From the NCBI GenBank assembly GCA_951406725.2, contig OX597826.1, positions 43,648,001-43,712,000 of the forward strand: DNA of 64,000 bases, given 5' to 3'. Below the pieces are notes generated by a model, which was given only the letters and a program-made list of their open reading frames with translations, was not told where the DNA came from and made no database searches. The position numbers were made by a program, and so were the translations under genes. This document shows positions 55,011 through 64,000 of the stretch, piece by piece. The stretch is from Octopus vulgaris. Its lineage: Eukaryota. The stretch's first letter is position 1. Each line of letters begins with the position of its first letter.

Positions 55011-56182
55011 TTGTACCAAAATTTGTTGTTGCTTTAGGTATCCATGCATCACCCTTAACTGGTGAAAAATCGAGAATGTGACAGCTGGAGAGTAGGAGGA
55101 CTGCACCAACGCCTGGCTGGTATGTATCATAAATGAATACACCGGAGCAATGTTGGCCTCTGTCTAGGTGTAGGAGTATGACAGGACGTGCCTTGTTCAA
55201 GAACACAACGCGCCGAAGAAAATGAAAGTACAGCGTTATCGTCAATGTGAGGGTAGAAAGAAGCCCAGCACATGTCTAGTATTCATCTTAGCAGATGAGA
55301 ATATTAGACCGTATCAATAGGAAATTAAGTGCTTTGCTTCAAAGACAGATTAAACTCGACCAACCTGGAATCGAAACCATGGCTGTATGGTCGTGAGCCA
55401 AACACTCTAACCACTAAGCCATGCGTCTTCGCTAGTATCTTTATATATGTAAAACTATTAAGTACAGAATGGGACGATAAAATGGTTGTGAATCAGTACG
55501 TTATGAGCAATGTCTGATCTCGTCCTGTTTGCTAAATGTACACAGCTTGTGTACATAATGGCGTGGTGAATGGTTGAATCCTCAATACACAGTAATATGC
55601 AAACATACGACTAGGACAGTAGTACACGGACAGGTTTGAAAGATTCGTGTTTAGACATAAAAATGTCTACCAAGCGGGAAAATTCGTATCCCATTTTCAC
55701 TATATGGAGGGATCTCACAGGCTTGTGTCGTTTACTCAGGTGCTGGGTCAAGCTAGCTTAAGGAAGATGCTATCTTATATAAATTTATGAAGAAAGGAAT
55801 CTGTCAGGTTTTTCTTATGTCAACATTCAATACATTAGTTGTTTTCAAGATCAGATGTTATCATGCGTTAAAAAGCAAACGAAAGACCCCCGGCTTTTAA
55901 TGGTAAACCCATATTTTAATTGTAAAGCTGTCTCTGTAAAAACACACGGCGGTGTCGTAGTTCAGGGATTTGTAATAGTGAATCCAAAGCCGAAGATTTG
56001 ATTTCAAATACAGCTACATATTACGTGACTGTATGGGTGTGTGTTTATGTATGTATGTATGTATGTATGTATGTATGTATGTATGTATGTATGGATGGAT
56101 GGATGGATGGATGGATGGATGTGTGTGTGTGTGTGTGTATACACACATATACAAATATATTGTTATTATTATCATTGTTAAT

Positions 56183-56390
56183 AAGGTGGTGATGTGACAG
56201 AATCGTTAGCACGCTGGGTAAAATGCTTAGCGGCATTTCATCCGTCTTAACATTCTGAGTTCAAATTCCGCCGGGGTCGACTTGGTCTTTCATCCTTTTG
56301 GGGTCGATAAAGTGAGTACCAGTTGAGTTCTAGGGTCGATGTAATCCACTAGTCCTCTGACCCCAAATTTCAGTGCCTATAGTGGAAAGG

Positions 56391-56440
<50 letters not shown>

Positions 56441-56650
56441 AGGCGGTGAGCTGGTAGAATCGTGAGAATGCTGCGTAAAATGCTTAGCAGGATTTCATTT
56501 ACGTTCTGAGTTTAAATTCCTCAGTGGTCGACTATGCCTTTCATCCTTTCATGGTCAATAAAATAAGTACCAGTTGAACTTTGAGGCCGATGTAATCGAC
56601 TAGCTCCCTCCCGCCAAATTCCAGGCAATTGTGCTTGTAGTAGAAAGGAA
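56183..56650 (+). mobile_element. Two family-B SINEs with (ATT)n tails
   Basis: Head, Meta-like core and tag..gaaagga followed by (att)n, twice. Confidence 0.85.
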
Positions 56651-56987
56651 TATTATTATTAATAATAATAGCTCTAATACATACCAGTCGATACTTTCAA
56701 AAGTAACACCAGGCCCGATATTTTTTCCTGCGAGGCGTTTATCAAACGGTCTTATATAAAGCTATATAAGAAATTGGAAACGAGTCTTCAGAAACCAATA
56801 GATATATATTGAGTTCTTTTTCTTGTTATTTTTCTTCTGTCAAATCTCCAAACACGCAAACACACAAGTATACGCACACTCTCATGTATATATACTTATA
56901 TATAATTTACTTATATATGTACGTATATATGTATATGTATCTTTATTATATATACATGTCTATATATGTATTAAAATGTGTATATGC

Positions 56988-57105
<118 letters not shown>

Positions 57106-58547
57106 ATTTACATCTATCTAGTCTGTCTGTCTGCCTGTCTGACTGTCTGTCTATTTATCTCTCTGTCTACATATCTATATATATGCAACATGTGTTAGTG
57201 TGTGTCTGCTTATATATGCATATATATATATAATGTGCATGTCGACGCGTGTCCGTGCATGTGTGTGCGTGTGCATATGTATGTTTGTATGTATGTAGTA
57301 CGTATGTATTTATGCATGTATGTATGTAGTACGTATGTATTCATGCATGTATGTATGTAGTAATTATGTATTCGTGTATGTATGTATGTATATATATGTA
57401 TGCCTGAATGTATGTACGCACACATGTATGTAAGCCAATATCTTTGTATGCATGTGTGTTTGTATGTGTTTATGGATGCATGTATGTATGTATATGCATG
57501 CTTGCATGTATACACACATACACACATGCACATATCAACATCATGACCACCACCACCAAATGAGGCCCCAACACCACCAACTTGGCCACCCCCAACACCA
57601 TCACGAGCAAGATACCTCAACGACTATCACAACCTCCAACACGGCGACGACGACGAACATCACCACCAACACCACTATGCTACCACCACCACTACCACCA
57701 CGATAAATACATACGCTTAACCATAAACTACTACTACGACGACGACCACGACGACGACGGTCACCACCGCTACTGCTACTGCCACAACCACCTCCACCGT
57801 CATCGTCATCGCCACCACCATTGCGATGACGACGACGACCACCACCACCACCACCACCATCGGCACTCCCTCCCACCACCATCGCTTCCCGCTTCCCGAC
57901 ACTCAGTTGTCTTGACCCTCGATCACTCTGTTGTATATATATATATATATATATTTAGAAAACTCACTCCCATGCTCTGAGGAAAACAAGCTCCGTATCC
58001 TGTTTCACTCTTTTCTACAATAGTAACGTACGGGTCTCTGGAAAAAAGTAATGAGCGTTGCCCTTCCTCTTCTGACTAAGATACCAAAATGCACTTATTT
58101 ATTGCTATCTACATGAATCACGCAGACGCAAGCACGCACACACACACACACACACTTTGACACTTGTAAATAAATATATACACGCACGGAATAAAGAAAA
58201 TGTTAGCGTAATCAAAATGGCAGATAAATGTTTGCATATCGGCTTTTGTTCAGTGAAAAATGTCGTTAGCGATTGCGTAAAGGTTATGTAAATTGAAATT
58301 AAATATGGGATTAGTGTTCATACGGTTGGAACATGAGTGAAGTCATGCATATACACATACTACAAATTCGGTTACAAGTAAATATACATGTGTGTATGAA
58401 AGAGTGAAATATGTGTGCATTGGTGTGTGTGTGTGTGTGTGCGTGTGCGTGTGTGTGTGTATGTGTGTGTGTCCGGCCATCGACATGATCGACTGCTAGC
58501 TACTAAAGCTTTATTTTTTTTACTCTCTCTGTTTATTTACTCGTGTT

Positions 58548-58583
58548 CCTTTCTGTTGAAGAGTGAAGACTCGAAACGTAAAC
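58548..58583 (+). ncRNA. Second copy of the CUGUUGA minimal hammerhead-like motif (element 58474-58622)
   Basis: ccttt CTGTTGA a GAGT gaag ACTC GAAA CG TA aa. Confidence 0.45.
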
Positions 58584-58672
58584 ACACCTGTCTTCTTTTG
58601 TGTTTTTTGTAAATTCCAACAATATATATATATATATATATGTATAGAAATATATACACTATCTATCTATAG

Positions 58673-58726
<54 letters not shown>

Positions 58727-58970
58727 ACGACAGGATTCTTTAATTTTTTACTTGTTTCAGTTATTTGACTGCGGCCATGCTGGAGCACCACCTTTAAGGT
58801 TTTTTTAGTCGCAGAAATCGACCCTAAGACTTATTCGTTGTAAGCCTAGTACTTATTCTATCAGTTGTTTTGCCGAACCGCTAAGTTACGCGGACGTAAA
58901 CACACCAATATCTGTTGTCAAGTGGCGGTGGGGGATGGACACAAAGACACACACATAAATATAGACATAC

Positions 58971-59051
<81 letters not shown>

Positions 59052-59215
59052 ATAAATATTAGGGAATAAATCCAAATTTACAGGGAAAAATCAGATTTAG
59101 GATTGAATCCAATTTTATAGTAAAATATTATATAATATTAATTAGAGACAAAACCACTATTAGTCGACTAAATCCCAACATAGACGTAGTCAAATGACTG
59201 AAGTGAAAGATGAAA

Positions 59216-59279
<64 letters not shown>

Positions 59280-59346
59280 TGTGTATGAATGTGTTTTGAA
59301 TCTTCCTCCACAGCTTGACAACCGGTGTTAGTTTGTTGACATATTT

Positions 59347-59760
59347 AGGCGTAGGAGTGGCTGTGTGATAAGTAGCTTCCTTACGAACCACATGGTTCCG
59401 GGTTCAGTCCCATTGCGTGGCGCCTTGGACAAGTGTCTTCTACTATAACTTCGCGCCGACCAAAGCCTTGTGAGTGGATTTGATAGACGGAAACTGAAAG
59501 AAGCTCGTCGTATATATGTATACATATATATGTATGTGTGTGTATGTGTTTGTGTATCTCTGTTTGTACCCCCAACATCGCTTGACAACCGATGCTGGTG
59601 TGTTTATGTCCCCGTAACTTAGCGGTTCGGCAAAAGAGACCGATAGAATAAGTACTAGGCTTACAAAGAATAAGTCCTGGGGTCGATTTGCTCGACTAAA
59701 GGCGGTGCCCCAGCGTGGCCTCAGTCGCATATCTGAAACAAGTAAAAAAAAAAGAGTAAA
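59347..59760 (+). mobile_element. Full-length family-A SINE
   Basis: Matches the 16048 copy. Confidence 0.9.
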
Positions 59761-59948
59761 TATTAGCGACTAAGCAGTTCTGCAAAAGAGCCTGATAGAA
59801 TAAACACCAAACTTTAGTACAATAAGTACTCTGGTCACTTTGTTCTCGTAAACCCTTCAAGATGGTACTCCAGCATGGCTGGAGACCTGGAACTGAAGCA
59901 AGTAAAAGATAAAAGAAGTAAACCTATAACCGAGTAGCTTTCAATACC

Positions 59949-60181
59949 TATTTCTTTACTACTCACAAGGGGCTAAACATAGAGGGGACAAACACGGACA
60001 GACAAACGGATTAAGTCGATTACATCGATCCCAGAGCGTTACTGGTACTTAATTTATCGACCCCGAAAGGATGAAAGGCAAAGTCGACCTCGGCGGAATT
60101 TGAACTCGGAACGTAACGGCAGACGAAATACGGCTACGCATTTCGCCCGGCGTGCTCACGTTTCTGCCTGCTCTTCGCCTC
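59949..60181 (-). mobile_element. Full-length LINE-tailed family-B SINE with 15-bp TSD
   Basis: TSD gtagctttcaatacc at 59934-59948 and 60182-60196. Confidence 0.9.
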
Positions 60182-61964
60182 GTAGCTTTCAATACCACTG
60201 TTTAATGTAACCGGATTCTTATTTTTTTTTATCGTGAATCAAACCCCGATTGAATAGACCCGTTATCAAATGCGTTTCAGCTGTGACCATCCCGGCTTTT
60301 CGATATCTATGACCACAACATGTAATCTAGTAACGCACTGCTTGACTCCATGCAGGTGCGAGAGTGCGATATAGTGGCTTCCATATAAATGTTTTTGCCG
60401 TTAGTATTACGTCCTTTTGCTTAGAGAAATGCATATGTATGTTTATCATGTCGTATCAGATATGTATTAGTAAAATAAGAACTAGCTGATATGTTAATTA
60501 AGATCTGCAACTTACCAAATACTATATTTCTGAAGCTATTCACAGGATAGGTGCGTGAAAGGAATATCTTTTAAGAAATCAATGATCCTGTAACGTGTTC
60601 TGAATGCATCAGGTTCATTGCTGTATCACTCTAATGACAAAATTCTTTCCTCTTTTAAAACTGGTCAATTCAGTTTGCATAACATTTCTATATAAATTTA
60701 AAACTCCAGCAAGGATCTCAACATTTTGGAAGCTCATTTCCATGAATGGCAGATTTAGAGAAAAATCAACAAACATAGAACAACAAAATGCTCGAAAAAC
60801 AAATTGTAGGTTTTTTTCCCATTTTATTTTCTTTCACAACAAACTAAACTTGTTGATATTTTATAGAAAAATTCTCCTTATTTTTGCTACGTAGAAGATA
60901 TAGGCTCCGAATATTTTATTTTGAAAATTCACAAGAATGCCGAGGGAGACAGGAATTGTGTTTGTTATGGAACAAAGTGAGATTATTTAATTTTCTAAAG
61001 GAAGATCTGATGCAAAACAGCTTTCTCTACAGTCACTGTATTTTTCTAACTTAATTTGATCTGAAGGAAATACTTTTTAATGAAATATACTCTACAACAT
61101 CTTCCCATTCGACTAACCAAATTTCTTTCATACATTGTCAGCAATAATTAAAATGCTTTATATTTTTTGTCGGGTTGTTTTCTTTGCAATTTATTTGAAA
61201 AAGGACGTAGAAATGTTTTAAAATTTCTTAGGCTACATGAATGATTCCTCGTAGCAGATACTTTTATACACTTCTTTACATATTTTTATTTGCCTTCTCT
61301 TTAGAAATCTGTTCAGATTCAATATCTAGTACAATACGCTTTATCTTTAAACGTACCATGTATTTGTGGCTGTAATAAATGTTTTGAGATGCTTGATTCG
61401 TTCTTTGAATTCGCACATTCTATAGAATATGCTAAGTTAACAGTTGGCAATTTGAGGAATATTGGTTTATTAGTGGCACCGGTATGTGCATTGACACAAA
61501 TGTTAATAAACATTTAAGAACGCTAGCACCTTACAGCGAAATATATTTTTGATATATTGGTGTTTTAAAGCCATATAGCTGTATAGGAATAATGATATAA
61601 TAGTACACAGATTCACTGACATATACATGTGGTACATGTGTGTGTATGTGTGTATGTATACATGTGCGTGTGTATGTGTGTGTGTATCTTTAGGTATGGG
61701 TATGAGATACCGATCTTTAGGTATGAGGTTCCAAAAGCTTGGATGTTATACACCCACACAGATGATTTGTATTCAGTGGTGCAGGCTTGTATAGAACCAG
61801 CCACCCGTTTTAAAAATGCTGATAGCAGAGCATTGATGCAAATATTTGCCAAAATCTTAATAAACTACACTCCTCAGTTTATTCTACTACAATTTTCGAT
61901 CTAGATTTGTTGCCTTCGCCGCTACTTAGAGTCCAACCATCATCACCTGGTAAGCTATATATAT

Positions 61965-62345
61965 ACAGGGTTCGCTGGCTAATTTGTCGCCATATTAATT
62001 TTAGTTCGCGCATGCGCATCATTTGTTTTTGCTTTTGTCGACTATACAGTATAATAGGGACAGTTGGGCATCGTCTGTGAGAAAAACAGCACCATCACGC
62101 AATTCACTTTGCCACGGAGGCCTACGTCAAATGGCGGGAGGAGGTAGTGCTGCCGTGGGTCAAAAGGACGGCTACTGGAAAACCCTATGTCTGGTTATAG
62201 AACTCTGCACCATGCCAAACAAGCAGGAGAACCCAGTCATGGCTGTCAGACAATTTCTGCGACCACATCATCCCTAACATTTGGCCACCTACCTCCCCAG
62301 ACTGCAACCCCCTTGGTTGTTAATTGTGGGGCGCAGTTGAGCGAA
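61965..62345 (+). pseudogene. Internally deleted maT-type element: 5' end fused to the catalytic region
   Basis: 5' region homologous to 36732; translation EVVLPWVK...NSAPC..SRRTQSWLSDNF...IWPPTSPDCNPL..LWGAVER. Confidence 0.8.
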
Positions 62346-62359
62346 CACCCACACACATA

Positions 62360-62405
<46 letters not shown>

Positions 62406-62434
62406 CATACACATGCATACATATGTATGTATAC

Positions 62435-62835
62435 TCTCTTTACTCATTTCACTCTTTTACTTGTTTCAGTATTTTGACTGCTGCCATGCTGGAGCACCGC
62501 CTTTAGTCGAGCAAATTGACCTCAGGACTTATCCTTTGTAAACCTAGTACTTATTCCATCGGTCTCTTTTGCCGAATCGCTAAGATGCAGGGACGTAAGC
62601 ACACCACCATCAGTTGTCAGGCGATGTTGAAGGGACAAACACAGATGCACAAACACACACATATATATATACACATATATACGACGGGCTTCCTTCTGTC
62701 TCCGTCTACCAAATCCATTCGCAAGGGTTTGGTCGAACTGAGGCTATAGTATAAGACACTTGTCCGAGGTGCCACGCAGTGGGAATGAACCCGGAACCAT
62801 GTGGTTGGTAAGCAAGCTACTTACCACACAGCCAC
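62435..62835 (-). mobile_element. Family-A SINE
   Basis: Reverse complement of family A. Confidence 0.9.
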
Positions 62836-62837
62836 AT

Positions 62838-63158
62838 GGTGTGGTGAATAAATTGTCGTCTAAATTACGGAAAAAATGAAAGTAACGCTGACATTTCATT
62901 TTAACAGATATATTTACCAAAATTACATAAAAATATCTTGAAATACTAAACAGTGAATTTATTAAATAAAATTGCCATTGGCTTCAACCACAGCCTGCTG
63001 ACGATTTCGGAATCTCTTGCAGGTCTTCTGAACGATCTCCTTGTTTAAGTTGGTGAATGCTGCCGTAAACCTTGCCTTTAGTTCATCACATACGGTGCCC
63101 AACATGTGCAAAATAAAAAAATTAAATAAAATGGAGACAATTTACCCATCGCACCCTG
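62838..63158 (-). mobile_element. Short maT-type derivative with both TIRs
   Basis: TIRs ggtgtggtgaataaattgtc / gacaatttacccatcgcaccctg plus TA; minus translation DELKARFTAAFTNLNKEIVQKTCKRFR...VVEANGNFI*. Confidence 0.8.
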
Positions 63159-63516
63159 TACATACATATACATAATTATGAGAACGCTCAAAATCTTTTA
63201 CAAAATTGTATTGTCCGGGAAAAGTTAAATATAAAGTTTTAATTTTCATATTATTAATTTGAAAAGAAAACAAGATGCCAATGAAATGTAATCGCAAGGA
63301 AATTATTCCTAATACCAACAGGTTCGACAGCAATAATCTAAGTCTTAGAAATTCTAGGGTTATTAGGAAGAAATCTGTTTATAGAAAGTCATTGTCGAAG
63401 TAATATAACATTTTTAGTCACAATTTAAACACTTAAGAGATATACATGATACATTTCCTACGTATAAATTCATTGGGTAAGAGAGACAAACACAAAGACA
63501 AAGAAACGCGCGTGCG

Positions 63517-63559
<43 letters not shown>

Positions 63560-63771
63560 CGGATATTTACACATTTTCCGTCTTCTAAATTGACTAATCA
63601 AGCATTTTGAGGTTCTGGGCCATAGTGAATGATAATTTTCCAAAATAGTATCATTTTTGTTTGGAAATTATGATAATAATTTCCCAAAATTACTATTGTA
63701 AAGTGGGTTTGAACCTGAAATTACGTTTGTGCGAAACGAATTTCATAACCATACACTCACGCATGTCTATT

Positions 63772-63796
63772 ATATAATAATAAAAATAATAATAAC

Positions 63797-63849
<53 letters not shown>

Positions 63850-63928
63850 TAATAATAATAATAATAGCCCAAGGCACACACAGCTACGCTCGATAGTGAA
63901 GTGAAAGCACGCTATAAAAAAAAAACTA

Positions 63929-63986
<58 letters not shown>

Positions 63987-64000
63987 TATATATATATATA
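63772..64000. repeat. (AAT)n and (TA)n microsatellites
   Basis: Directly visible. Confidence 0.95.

Noticed and set aside
57452-57980. His/Asp/Thr-rich ORFs
   Set aside because: Degenerate (CAC)/(GAC) trinucleotide low-complexity tract, open in several frames on both strands.

Overview
AT-rich animal DNA packed with microsatellites and repeats. The SINE repertoire and the dense (TA)n/(CA)n/(TATC)n/(TATG)n arrays suggest a coleoid cephalopod, probably Octopus (inference). I find no intact host protein-coding gene; nearly all listed ORFs are translated microsatellites or SINE noise. The window holds three tRNA-derived SINE families, a decayed Tx1/L1-clade LINE, RTE remnants, decayed DNA transposons (hAT, mariner, maT, Tigger, a piggyBac-like MITE) and a Helentron-like element. 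Two systems stand out. (1) Short elements inserted in (TA)n arrays have Penelope-like foldback architecture and carry hammerhead ribozyme (HHR) motifs. One of them (17489-17635, minus strand) has all catalytic nucleotides and stems I and III, but its strands lie in a non-circularly-permuted, pseudoknotted order. (2) A LINE-tailed SINE variant and a Tx1-like LINE share an ATACC-type junction that lies inside the SINE's own head, producing self-nested arrays. All structures were read by eye; no search or folding program was run, and repeat boundaries are approximate.
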